Sequence record: NC_049849.1
Reading direction: 5' to 3' (one strand)
Length of the DNA: 64,000 nt
Positions 54,647 to 63,476 of this stretch are shown here, piece by piece. The stretch's first letter is position 1; every line of letters starts with the position of its first letter. A program made the position numbers and the translations under genes. The notes under the pieces are model-generated. The model was not told where the DNA came from, ran no database searches, and saw nothing but the letters and a program-made list of their open reading frames with translations.

Positions 54647-56605
54647 TTACCCCTGACCGTACAGGTTACGCAGAGTCTCGGTAAAGGAGACGCCGACCTT
54701 CGAGATAACAAAGTCGATCTGCAGTTCATGCACAGGCAAGACCGGAACAATGATCACCGTGGCACGCAGGATGCCAGAGTTCACATAGGCTGCCGGGTTG
54801 TTCGAGTCATCGCAAATCACAGTGAAGCTCGAAATGCCGCGAGCAATGCGCACGGTTTCGAGATACTCACTGAACGTGCCTTGCAGCTGGCGACGCGTAA
54901 ACTCGTCGTTCGGCTGTTGCAGGATATAGAGACCAAACTTGTACAGAGAGGTCTTCATCACGTTGACGATACGACGGACTGACAACCAGGACAGTGCCGA
55001 CTTCTTGGCTTGCAGCGTCTGTTGCTCCCACAACGAGATACCCTGACCGATGAAGTTTCGAGTGTAGTTAACCTGAGCGTTAAACATCAGGTTCATTTCA
55101 CCTTCTTCATAGATGTAGCGGGTCTTCAATACAGGAACGATACCACGGTTCAGACCGGCGATAGAGAACGACGCATTGGCGACGCGATCAGTACGCGCGC
55201 ACAGTGCAGCAGCCCAGCCAGAGAACGGGATATACAGTTGCTTGCCATTGATGTTGTCGGCTTCCAGAACATCAGGATTGAACAACGAGGACCAAGACGA
55301 GTTGAGGTTCAACTCGATGTTGCGATAGTTCACTGCATCCTGGGCACGCTGCTTTGCGCTCGGCACGTCGAGGAGTGCAACTGCATCCTGACGCTTCTGA
55401 GCGATAGCATCCATGGTCATCTGAACGTTCGGGTTCGCAACGCCGCCGTTAATCAGAAGGTTGACCGTAATGGTTTCACGATTGCCAAAGGACTCCCAAG
55501 CACGTGCGATATCAAACGGCGTCGGTGCCGCACCAGACCAGCCGTTGTCCATTTCCACGATACCAGTCGACTGAACGATAGGCGTAACCGGCAGGGCAGG
55601 GACGTTGGTCGTAACTTGGATATACTGCGAGTACGGATTGATGCGCTCGGTCAGCTCGGTCGCCACGCCGTCACCGTCAACGCCTTCATCCAGCGTGCAA
55701 GGGAAAGTCTCACGCGGAGTGAACGGCGAGAACGTGTAGTCGTACACGTTGACCAGAAAGATCGGGCTCGGAGGCGGAACCTGCGCCGGATCAGTAATCG
55801 GCTTCTTCGTCGTGTCGGGAACCAGACCACCGGTGTCCGCCATTTCGTAAGTGCCTTGACCAATCTCAGCCAGCAAGCCAACATCGGCTGCCGTTTGCGA
55901 ACGACCATAGACTCGATACGCGATAGCGCCTGCGACCGGGTCCCACTTGATGGTGTTGACGTTGGTGATGCCGCCGCCTGCTGCGATCACAAGAGTGACC
56001 ACCGGGGATGCCAGAGTCTCACCCGTGCTCGACACAGCCGACACCTGATAGGCATACGTACCGACAGGTAGCTGACCGCCAGTGGTAGCCGTGGTGCCAG
56101 AAGCATTGGCCGGAGTTTTGACTTCCGTGGTTTCGATTTCAATGCCGATGGGCGAATCGCCGTCCACGTTTGCGTAACCACCGGGGCCCTTGTTCGGATA
56201 GAACATGGCGATGGGCACCGCATTGGTCGGCACCATGTTGGGCCAGGGCGGAACTTCAGGATTGGTCACGTCGACCAGGCCAGGAGCCAGATTGGTAACG
56301 CCACCATCGTTGTACAGCATGACGTTTGCGTACTTGGCACCTGCACCAACAACGCGACGACCCCACAATGCGTTGCCTTCCTTGAAGAAGTCCAGAGCGC
56401 AGTACACCGAGAAAGAAATCTTAGCGTTGGGATTGCCGAACTCGGTCAGCACCGACTGCCCCGTGGGGTAGAAGTGCATGCCAGTACGACCACGATCAGA
56501 AACGAAGACCGCGCCAGCCACACTCGAGCTAGCGCTGGTGATCACTTCCGACATATCGAATTCTTGGATGTAAACATCCGAGTGTCTGTTTTGCAAGATA
56601 CTCAT
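54647..56605 (-). CDS. contractile tail sheath protein
   Basis: DVYIQEFDMS N-terminus; C-terminal GLNRG..., LWEQQTLQ...SALS.LSVRR, FSEYLETV..ARGI..FTVICDDSNN typical of gp18-like sheaths. Confidence 0.92.
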   Translation of the reverse strand: MSILQNRHSDVYIQEFDMSEVITSASSSVAGAVFVSDRGRTGMHFYPTGQSVLTEFGNPNAKISFSVYCALDFFKEGNALWGRRVVGAGAKYANVMLYNDGGVTNLAPGLVDVTNPEVPPWPNMVPTNAVPIAMFYPNKGPGGYANVDGDSPIGIEIETTEVKTPANASGTTATTGGQLPVGTYAYQVSAVSSTGETLASPVVTLVIAAGGGITNVNTIKWDPVAGAIAYRVYGRSQTAADVGLLAEIGQGTYEMADTGGLVPDTTKKPITDPAQVPPPSPIFLVNVYDYTFSPFTPRETFPCTLDEGVDGDGVATELTERINPYSQYIQVTTNVPALPVTPIVQSTGIVEMDNGWSGAAPTPFDIARAWESFGNRETITVNLLINGGVANPNVQMTMDAIAQKRQDAVALLDVPSAKQRAQDAVNYRNIELNLNSSWSSLFNPDVLEADNINGKQLYIPFSGWAAALCARTDRVANASFSIAGLNRGIVPVLKTRYIYEEGEMNLMFNAQVNYTRNFIGQGISLWEQQTLQAKKSALSWLSVRRIVNVMKTSLYKFGLYILQQPNDEFTRRQLQGTFSEYLETVRIARGISSFTVICDDSNNPAAYVNSGILRATVIIVPVLPVHELQIDFVISKVGVSFTETLRNLYGQG

Positions 56606-56875
56606 TTATGCCTCCTCGTCTTCGTCGTCCAAACTTTCAGCCGGTTGGTCATCGACTTCCCATCCATGCTTGTGCGGTTGGTTCTCAAACACAACCAGCA
56701 CGCCTGCGTTCATGACATTCCAGTTGTTGTCCACCGTGGTACCGGGTTCAACGTTCACGCGGGAAAGTTCTTGAATAAAGACCGAAGTCTTCTCGCCACT
56801 TGGCGTTCTCAATACAGGGTTCTGCGCCACACGCGTGGTGTTCGCAATCACCGTGACTACTCGCTTCTTTGCCAT
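56606..56875 (-). CDS. hypothetical protein
   Basis: GGAG SD; packed between neck and sheath genes. Confidence 0.6.
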   Translation of the reverse strand: MAKKRVVTVIANTTRVAQNPVLRTPSGEKTSVFIQELSRVNVEPGTTVDNNWNVMNAGVLVVFENQPHKHGWEVDDQPAESLDDEDEEA

Positions 56876-57520
56876 TTAAGACTCCGGAAAAGGAATTGTA
56901 ACTGCGCTGTGTCCTAAGACTTCCTCAATGTTTACTTCTTTGACTATGCCGGTTTCACCCAGGACTGGTTCACTGATGAACCCACGCAGCGTGAATGTAG
57001 ATGTACATTCGTACTCGGCAGTGCTTTCGGTCTTGTTTTCCATGGTGGGTGTCGGAACACTTTCACTCATTTCCAGACCTACACGCAAATTCAGGTCTCC
57101 GTATTTCACAGAGAACTTTAGGCCACCTTGCCGTCTAACGAATAGCCAGCGCCGTTGGAACTCCAAGACTGAACGTTGATTAGTCCCCATCATTTGATTG
57201 GTAACGTACGCAACTTCAAACTCGAACAGCGCAGGCATCAGCCGCACACGATAGAACTGATTACCATCACTCTGTATCACAACTGGCACGCCTGAACGTG
57301 CGAGCGTTTGAGTGTGGAACGACTGAGCATCGTGTCCAATGCTAGTCAAGCTCAAATACGCATACGGATACACGACCGATTTACCGGCAAGCAGCTTCTC
57401 GATAGTACGGATGCGATCTACTGAGTTACCGTACGCCACCATGCACTGAAAGCGTTTGGCGAAGTACTGAGCAACTCCTTCGAGCATATACTCTTCAAGC
57501 GGTTGCAGGGCTAATGACAT
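56876..57520 (-). CDS. putative tail terminator/neck protein
   Basis: Size and position upstream of the sheath; beta-rich YPY..L / F.FEV.Y pattern like gp15-type connectors (inference). Confidence 0.5.
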   Translation of the reverse strand: MSLALQPLEEYMLEGVAQYFAKRFQCMVAYGNSVDRIRTIEKLLAGKSVVYPYAYLSLTSIGHDAQSFHTQTLARSGVPVVIQSDGNQFYRVRLMPALFEFEVAYVTNQMMGTNQRSVLEFQRRWLFVRRQGGLKFSVKYGDLNLRVGLEMSESVPTPTMENKTESTAEYECTSTFTLRGFISEPVLGETGIVKEVNIEEVLGHSAVTIPFPES

Positions 57521-57538
57521 ATTCAACGTCCACAAATG

Positions 57539-57599
57539 AGAAAAGGCCCAAGCAGTAGCCAGTTATAGCTACCAACTTGGGCCACTAGGCTACTGCTTA
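57539..57599 (-). terminator. terminator with overlapping alternative antiterminator stem
   Basis: GGCCCAAG/CTTGGGCC + UUUU, versus the 11-bp AAGCAGTAGCC/GGCTACTGCTT stem. Confidence 0.6.
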
Positions 57600-58148
57600 C
57601 TTTTGCTTTTCAGCGAAGCTGGCCAGCAGCTTGGCGAAGCTAGGAGCCGAAGCCTTAACGGTCTTCTTGGCAGCGACCTTCTTGCCAGCAGCGCGACGGG
57701 CAGTCACGGGGGCGGGAGCATCGTCCTCATCCTCGTCATCTTCCGGTTCGTCGTCTTCGTCTTCTTCAGCCGGCTCGTCGTCTTCGGTGTCGTCTTCGTT
57801 GTCGAAGGCAGCTTCGATATCTTCGAGGTCTTCGGCGGCGCCTTCGTCTTCCATGTCGCCTTCAAGCTCTTCGTCTTCGACTTCGAGTTCGGCTTCAGCC
57901 TTCAGACGCTTGCTGGCCTTGATAGCCTTGGCCTTAGCAGCTTTGACTGCCTTGGCACGCAGGGCCTTGGCTTCCGGAGTGTGCTCGAACGCAGCGCGGA
58001 GATTCTTTTCCAGCGTCATGATCGTAGCTTCCACATCCGATTCAGCCATCGCCGCAGCGAAGCACTTGGCCGATTCCTTGTGGTTGCCGTTTTGGTAATG
58101 GGCGGCTGCAAGCAGCATGCCGTCCAGTGCGCGGAGGTGTCGTTTCAT
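57597..58148 (-). CDS. putative head-associated protein with acidic tract and Lys/Ala tail
   Basis: AAGGA SD before ATG 58148; directly downstream of the MCP gene. Confidence 0.65.
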   Translation of the reverse strand: MKRHLRALDGMLLAAAHYQNGNHKESAKCFAAAMAESDVEATIMTLEKNLRAAFEHTPEAKALRAKAVKAAKAKAIKASKRLKAEAELEVEDEELEGDMEDEGAAEDLEDIEAAFDNEDDTEDDEPAEEDEDDEPEDDEDEDDAPAPVTARRAAGKKVAAKKTVKASAPSFAKLLASFAEKQK

Positions 58149-58171
58149 CTTTGATCCTTGGTTGGCCATTG

Positions 58172-58199
58172 AACAAGGGGTAGCCTATCAGACTACCCC
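58172..58199 (-). terminator. hairpin after the major capsid gene (partial terminator)
   Basis: GGGGTAG...CTACCCC followed by TTGTT on the - strand. Confidence 0.55.
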
Positions 58200-58208
58200 G
58201 TGCGCATC

Positions 58209-59294
58209 TTAGTTGCGGATGCCCTTGGCAACAGCACGCGGGTTGGCCAGGGTCATAGCGAACGACTCCCAGATCACCCAGCCGCGGCCCGGAGTCTTTT
58301 CGACTTCGATACCGACCGGTGCGGATTGCAGGCCGCCGCGATCCGAGTAAGCACCCAGGTTCAGAGGATCGGCGAAGACAAAGAATTCGCCTTGGTTCAG
58401 AACCTTATGCTCCGGGTGACGATAAGCATCGGTCACCAGGGTAGCGCCCCACAGGACACCCAGCTCGCCGGTCAACAGAAGCTCGTGACGAGCAACCGGG
58501 TCGATGGCGTTTTGCATTTCGGTGTTGCCGATAATGTCTTGCAGCAAGTCCGAAGCCATCAGGACATACGGAGTCTTCAGGCCCCAACGGTTGACCTTCG
58601 TCAGCACACGAGCAAACGTGTACGGAGTCAGCTGACCGGAGATAACCGACAGTTCGTTTTCCAGGTTCACGACAGCGTTCGAAGCCATGTACAGCAGACG
58701 GTCTTCAGCAACCATCAGGGCTTCTTGACCTTCGACGAACTTCTCTTCCAGCACGTCGTTGTTCGACTGGTTGATTTCGTTTTCCGGCACGAAGGGACGG
58801 GCAACGATTTGGAATTCCGGCGGAGTGAACCAACGGTCCAGAGCGATTTGCGCGTCGATTTGCGTGGGCGACGTGGAGTACACGGCGGTCACGTTCTTCG
58901 AAGCCATCTTGAAACGCGGGATCGAACCCTGGTCGACAGTGTTCTTCGTCAGGAACTTGCGCAGGAAGCCTTGACGGTTCGCGGTGATGTACAGAGCTTC
59001 AGCCATCTTTTCGCCGAGGACGCGATAGCTGCGCGAATCGTTGAAGGCGGCGGTCAGAAGTTCACGGTTGCGATTCTTGAAATCGACTGCGGCGGTCAGG
59101 GTGGTGTCAGCAACGACACGGCCTTCGGCAGCAGCTTGCATGAACTTCGCGTTTTGGCGCCACAGGTCAGCCTTCGAGCTGGCGTTCATTTCGCCATTCG
59201 CGCCGACCATACGCGCTGCACCCTTCTCGGTGCGGAATTCGGAAGCAGCCTGCACAGGAGTGCGAGCGGCCTTAACGGGAATGCTTTTAGCCAT
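58209..59294 (-). CDS. major capsid protein (HK97 fold)
   Basis: 361 aa; E-loop/P-domain pattern GFLRKFL..NTV..GSIPRF...FQIVARP....EI...DVL...EDRLL; AAGGAG SD; follows protease, scaffold and decoration genes. Confidence 0.85.
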   Translation of the reverse strand: MAKSIPVKAARTPVQAASEFRTEKGAARMVGANGEMNASSKADLWRQNAKFMQAAAEGRVVADTTLTAAVDFKNRNRELLTAAFNDSRSYRVLGEKMAEALYITANRQGFLRKFLTKNTVDQGSIPRFKMASKNVTAVYSTSPTQIDAQIALDRWFTPPEFQIVARPFVPENEINQSNNDVLEEKFVEGQEALMVAEDRLLYMASNAVVNLENELSVISGQLTPYTFARVLTKVNRWGLKTPYVLMASDLLQDIIGNTEMQNAIDPVARHELLLTGELGVLWGATLVTDAYRHPEHKVLNQGEFFVFADPLNLGAYSDRGGLQSAPVGIEVEKTPGRGWVIWESFAMTLANPRAVAKGIRN

Positions 59295-59326
59295 TTAAAT
59301 TCTCCTTGGTTTTCTGAAGCGGCTGA

Positions 59327-60007
59327 TTACTTGAATTCAATGCCGAGGAACGGAATGTCCGTGGTGGGCAGATCGACAACCCAACCGTCGATGACTGCGC
59401 CAGTGCCCTTGTCAGCAGTGATGTAACCGCCAGCGGCCGTTTCGATAACCTTGGCTTCGGCCCAGTTTGCACCGGTATCGACAAACGAGGTATAGATCGT
59501 GCCACGCGTGACCAGACCGATTTGGCCCAGCTGATCGCCAGAGTAGCCACCGGGTTGCACGTCGCCGTACGTACCACGTTGCTCCAGGCCGGTCAGCACA
59601 AACTTGTAGGTGATGGTGACGAAATCGCCAGCCGTCAGACCCGAGACGCGATTGCCAACGACAGTCACGGTGCCAGTCACGGGGACCGGAGCGCCGGTGG
59701 TGTTGTCGAAGATGAACACGTCGGCCGGCGACTTGGGAGCGCGAGCCAGAACCAGGACGCCGGTTTGCGGCACTTGGTACGATTCGACGGTGTTGGCTTC
59801 GTCTTCACGGAAGGGATAGGCCGACGTTTGGACCATCGTGAAACCGACGAACACTTCGTCAGCCAGAACGCCAGTCGAAGGAGCTACGCCCTCTGCGGTA
59901 GCGCCGAGCATGCGCACAGCGGCTTGGCCTTGTGCAGTGAAAACAGCACCGGGGGCGATGATTGCCTCATGGGACAGAGTCGCTCTCGTTTTAGGAAAGT
60001 AAATCAT
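59327..60007 (-). CDS. putative capsid decoration/cement protein
   Basis: Beta-rich, Gly/Ala/Val-rich, immediately upstream of MCP; CAGGAG SD (position-based inference). Confidence 0.5.
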   Translation of the reverse strand: MIYFPKTRATLSHEAIIAPGAVFTAQGQAAVRMLGATAEGVAPSTGVLADEVFVGFTMVQTSAYPFREDEANTVESYQVPQTGVLVLARAPKSPADVFIFDNTTGAPVPVTGTVTVVGNRVSGLTAGDFVTITYKFVLTGLEQRGTYGDVQPGGYSGDQLGQIGLVTRGTIYTSFVDTGANWAEAKVIETAAGGYITADKGTGAVIDGWVVDLPTTDIPFLGIEFK

Positions 60008-60052
60008 ATGTTTCTCCTGATTGAGGTAGAGGCAGATTGTTGTCCTCTGACT

Positions 60053-60062
60053 CTATAAAATT
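60053..60062 (-). promoter_or_regulatory. AATTTTATAG putative late promoter
   Basis: AATTTnATA motif in the gap upstream of the decoration-MCP genes. Confidence 0.45.
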
Positions 60063-60076
60063 TAGAACTGTGATTC

Positions 60077-61705
60077 TCAGAAACTGAGGGGTGCGTCACC
60101 CGCCAGGATAGCGTGGGCTTCCAGGCTGGTAGCGTTGGCACGACCATAGCCACCGGACACGCGGGCATTACCCGGACGTGCAAGGCTAGCGGTGATCGAA
60201 GCCGGGAGGAACTGCTCTACTTCATCAAAGTCTTCAGCCTCGCCTTCAAAGCCGTCAGCGTCGGCTTGCATGTCGGGCACGTCTTCACCGAATTCTTCAT
60301 CTTCCACTTCCGACTCAACGAAGTCGCCTTCGTCGTCGATCAGATCAAGAGCCGCAGCGAATTGAGTACGCGTCGTTTCAGGCATAGCAGCCAGCTTGGA
60401 AGCCAGGGTAACGATGGACTTGGCGTAGCTGATGCCATGCGTAGCGAACGCAGAGTTCACGACACGGTTGGCATTACGGATACCGCACTGTTGCAGATTC
60501 GCAATCAGGCTGGCAGCCAGTTCATTCGTTTGGTCCTTGAAATAGCGACGGTTGATACCGACCGAAGCGATAGCCAGGCATTGTTCCATGGCCTTGTCCT
60601 TGGCACCGGCAACCTGACGCACAGCAGCCGTGGTCTTTTGGACTCGGGCTTCAACGCGACGATTGATGGCATCGGACTTAGCGATGTTGATGGTGGACAG
60701 TGCAAAGCCCATCGACTTCAGACCAGCACGAATGCCCGCACGCTGCATGGCGACCGTGGTCACGTCTTGGAAGTTGTCGGACAGATACACGTCAGCGCAA
60801 CGAGCCTTCACAGCTTGCTTCTTGCCCAGGGTTGCGATCACTCGATTGGCCTTCAGGACCAAGAGACGCGAACCAACCGAGGCAAACACGCACGACTCAA
60901 CTTCGGTGTCGTCCATGCCGTCCAGGTCCATAACGCTGAAGTTGCCTTCAGCTTCATCAACCGGAGCGTCGATCGTGATTTCCTCGCCTTCTTCTTCAAC
61001 GTCAGCAGACAGGTCACCCTGACCAACTGCGTCGCCTACCGGCAGGTCGATTTCTTCTTCAGCGTCCCAGTCGCCATCGGTGTCACCCATGTCGAACTCG
61101 TCGTCTTCGGCTTCGGGCTCAGCGTCGTCTTCAAAGTCTTCAGCGGCTGCGCTGAGGAATTCGTCGATGTTTTCTTGAGCGTCGATTTCGCCGGCGTCGG
61201 GGATGTTGGGATCGCCAGGAACGGGTTGGACTTCGCCAGCGCCATATGCAATACCTGCGTCTTCGCTTTCGTCCATGTCGGCAGCGTTCTCGTCTTCGTC
61301 ACCGAGATTGGCTTCGACCAGCGGACCAGCAACGGCGCCAGGCGAGTTCAGTGCGATTTCGGGTTCGGCATCTTCCAGGTAACCTTCAGCCGGGTTAATG
61401 TCGTTGTCGATGGTCGAAACGTTGTGGGACTCATTGGGCAACGTGTCGTCAACTGCCGACATGATGTTCCAGCGAGGCTTGGGTTTGTTCTTACCCGGTT
61501 CGGTCTTGGTGTAGGTCGAGCCCGGTTCTTGTTTGTCGTCGTACTTCAGGTCGCCCGGGGTGAAAGCATTGTCGATACCGTACTCTGGCTTTTCTTGCGC
61601 TTCCAGAGGACCGTTGTCGTAGTGCAAGCTCGTCGAGTCATTCGCTGCGGCGACCTTGAACTTCTTCTGCTTTGCTACTCCGGCGATTACTCGCGTCTTA
61701 GCCAT
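60077..61705 (-). CDS. putative scaffold/prohead core protein
   Basis: 542 aa, extremely acidic centre, between protease and MCP; TAGGAG SD. Confidence 0.6.
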   Translation of the reverse strand: MAKTRVIAGVAKQKKFKVAAANDSTSLHYDNGPLEAQEKPEYGIDNAFTPGDLKYDDKQEPGSTYTKTEPGKNKPKPRWNIMSAVDDTLPNESHNVSTIDNDINPAEGYLEDAEPEIALNSPGAVAGPLVEANLGDEDENAADMDESEDAGIAYGAGEVQPVPGDPNIPDAGEIDAQENIDEFLSAAAEDFEDDAEPEAEDDEFDMGDTDGDWDAEEEIDLPVGDAVGQGDLSADVEEEGEEITIDAPVDEAEGNFSVMDLDGMDDTEVESCVFASVGSRLLVLKANRVIATLGKKQAVKARCADVYLSDNFQDVTTVAMQRAGIRAGLKSMGFALSTINIAKSDAINRRVEARVQKTTAAVRQVAGAKDKAMEQCLAIASVGINRRYFKDQTNELAASLIANLQQCGIRNANRVVNSAFATHGISYAKSIVTLASKLAAMPETTRTQFAAALDLIDDEGDFVESEVEDEEFGEDVPDMQADADGFEGEAEDFDEVEQFLPASITASLARPGNARVSGGYGRANATSLEAHAILAGDAPLSF

Positions 61706-61744
61706 GTATTTCTCCTAGCTAGTCAAAATGGACGTCTAGTCCTG

Positions 61745-61754
61745 ATATGAAATT
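61745..61754 (-). promoter_or_regulatory. AATTTCATAT putative late promoter
   Basis: Identical to 54598-54607. Confidence 0.5.
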
Positions 61755-61766
61755 GTGGACTGTGAA

Positions 61767-62522
61767 CTAATATGGACTCTTGTACTGGTCGATTCCATTA
61801 TGGATCGTGTCAGACAGAGCTACAGGCCACGCCGGTTCGGCAACCACTGAGAACTCGCAACCAATGATATCGTGCGCATTGAGGAATGCCAGGTGCTGAT
61901 CGCCGTTGTAATCGCGCACCACATTCCATTGCATCTGCGCGTTGGGGTCCAAGTGTTGGCAGCACTGATGCTTGTCAAACACTGCACCGCAATAGCTGCA
62001 AGTGAAGCCGCCTGCGTCCGCACCCATCGAGTAGGTGTTGATTCGCTTATCGGCAACGTCCTGCACCACATCGGTGTACTTGGTCTTGTCGAGTGCAACC
62101 AATGCCATGACTTTCCACAGCTTGCCGCCACCGTAGCCGTTGATCTTGTGCAGCGACGTATCGAGCACCGCGCCGAGAGCTTTGGTGCAGTCTTTGTTGT
62201 CATGCTCCAAGTGCATCGGTACGCCAGCCCAGCTCTTGTACACCATGCGTGAGACAGGCGGAGGTTGGAACTTGGTCAGCTCGGCCAGAGGAAAGCCGAT
62301 GCCGTTGCGGTTCGGAATGTCAGACGGGCACAGCGGAGTCGTGACGAAGATGTAGTCTTCAAGCCTCGGACTAATGTGGTACGTCTTGGCTGCAAAGGGA
62401 AGCCACACGCGGGCATCCAGTTCGAATGCACCGTACGCTTCCTTCAGACCATCACGCCCTTCTGCCGTATCTCCGTCGAACGTCATCAATGGCTGTTCGG
62501 TGTACGAAGTGATTCGTGTCAT
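61767..62522 (-). CDS. prohead (capsid maturation) protease
   Basis: PNRNG..F, PMHLEH (His), TYSMG (Ser), CSYC..CQH zinc insert, EFSVVAEPA. Confidence 0.75.
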   Translation of the reverse strand: MTRITSYTEQPLMTFDGDTAEGRDGLKEAYGAFELDARVWLPFAAKTYHISPRLEDYIFVTTPLCPSDIPNRNGIGFPLAELTKFQPPPVSRMVYKSWAGVPMHLEHDNKDCTKALGAVLDTSLHKINGYGGGKLWKVMALVALDKTKYTDVVQDVADKRINTYSMGADAGGFTCSYCGAVFDKHQCCQHLDPNAQMQWNVVRDYNGDQHLAFLNAHDIIGCEFSVVAEPAWPVALSDTIHNGIDQYKSPY

Positions 62523-62527
62523 GCTTG

Positions 62528-62917
62528 TTACCTCGAGTAGAAATACACTTCACCGTCGGCGGTAAGCTCTACACGTACTGCAGTAAAGAGCGGGGCTTCG
62601 CAGGTTTCAATGGTGCCAACGGCTGGCGTTTGATCGTTGCCCCACAGCACCTTGGCTTGCACGTCCGCGTCGGGATTGCAAGCAAATGCGGGATGCTGGA
62701 GGGTATACTTTAAATTGCATGCTGCGGCGGCCATGACGCAGAACGCATCATGCGCCCCGACGGTCACTGCAACTTGACCAACGTCTACGTAAATGACTTC
62801 GCCGGCTTTGCCGCCAACTGCAGTCCACGAGCCGACGATGGGATAGCCCTCAGCGCCAAGACCCGCAGCGCCACGGCCTTTGAAGTTAGGACTGTTAGGT
62901 CCAATGATGTATGCCAT
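62528..62917 (-). CDS. putative virion protein
   Basis: TAAGGAG SD; in the head gene block. Confidence 0.6.
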   Translation of the reverse strand: MAYIIGPNSPNFKGRGAAGLGAEGYPIVGSWTAVGGKAGEVIYVDVGQVAVTVGAHDAFCVMAAAACNLKYTLQHPAFACNPDADVQAKVLWGNDQTPAVGTIETCEAPLFTAVRVELTADGEVYFYSR

Positions 62918-62926
62918 GTCGGCTCC

Positions 62927-63427
62927 TTAGTTAATCGTGTCTGCGTAGACCTTGGGCTGAAACTCAATCACGACGTGGTTGTCTGCGAGATACGCATTCA
63001 TTTGATCCACGAGTCCCGGCACTTCGTCATGGAACTTGCCGAGAGTGATGTGAGCGTTGTAGTCAGGATGCCCATGCTTGAATCCCTGACTCACAAGGTG
63101 TTCATGTATTGCTTGAATCTCGGGACTGTAGACTCGGAGTACCAAAATCTGGCGCTGTTTGTGATCGGTCCAACATTCAACGCCAGTAGCCAATCCCGTG
63201 ATCGTACGATCTTCGGGCATTGTTGCTTCTTGTGGAAGCGGCCCAGTGTGATACATCAGAGTACAATGCAGGGAAGTGGTGTTGTCGTACTTGAGGTCAG
63301 GATTACGAAACCTACGCTTAAGATCAGACAACGCCAAGTAGCCAGCCTCACTCGGATCGGCCCATGCGTAAAAGCCATCGTCAACCGTGCGCAGTACAGA
63401 GTACAAGACCTTTGCTGCTACGCGCAT
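62927..63427 (-). CDS. acb1: 2H phosphoesterase, T4 57B/Acb1-like (candidate anti-CBASS nuclease)
   Basis: Two HxT motifs (LHCTLMY, NAHITLG); GFYAWA, VECW, ILVL and FKHGHPDY correspond to T4 57B GLYVAA, LEVW, TLVL and ATHDFDDY as recalled; GGAG SD before ATG 63427. Confidence 0.75.
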   Translation of the reverse strand: MRVAAKVLYSVLRTVDDGFYAWADPSEAGYLALSDLKRRFRNPDLKYDNTTSLHCTLMYHTGPLPQEATMPEDRTITGLATGVECWTDHKQRQILVLRVYSPEIQAIHEHLVSQGFKHGHPDYNAHITLGKFHDEVPGLVDQMNAYLADNHVVIEFQPKVYADTIN

Positions 63428-63443
63428 ACTGTTCTCCAATAGT

Positions 63444-63469
63444 GGGTGAGCCACCGAAGCAGCTCACCC
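63444..63469 (-). other. intergenic cUUCGg hairpin (mRNA stabiliser or weak terminator)
   Basis: GGGTGAGCTGC-TTCG-GTGGCTCACCC on the - strand; no U-tract. Confidence 0.55.
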
Positions 63470-63476
63470 GCGTGCC

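Noticed and set aside
60700-61400. Acidic D/E-rich repeats in the scaffold gene as a DNA tandem repeat
   Set aside because: This is low-complexity protein coding with no regular nucleotide period.
58200-61750. 408-aa and 545-aa + strand ORFs antisense to the MCP and scaffold genes
   Set aside because: Shadows of highly codon-biased structural genes.
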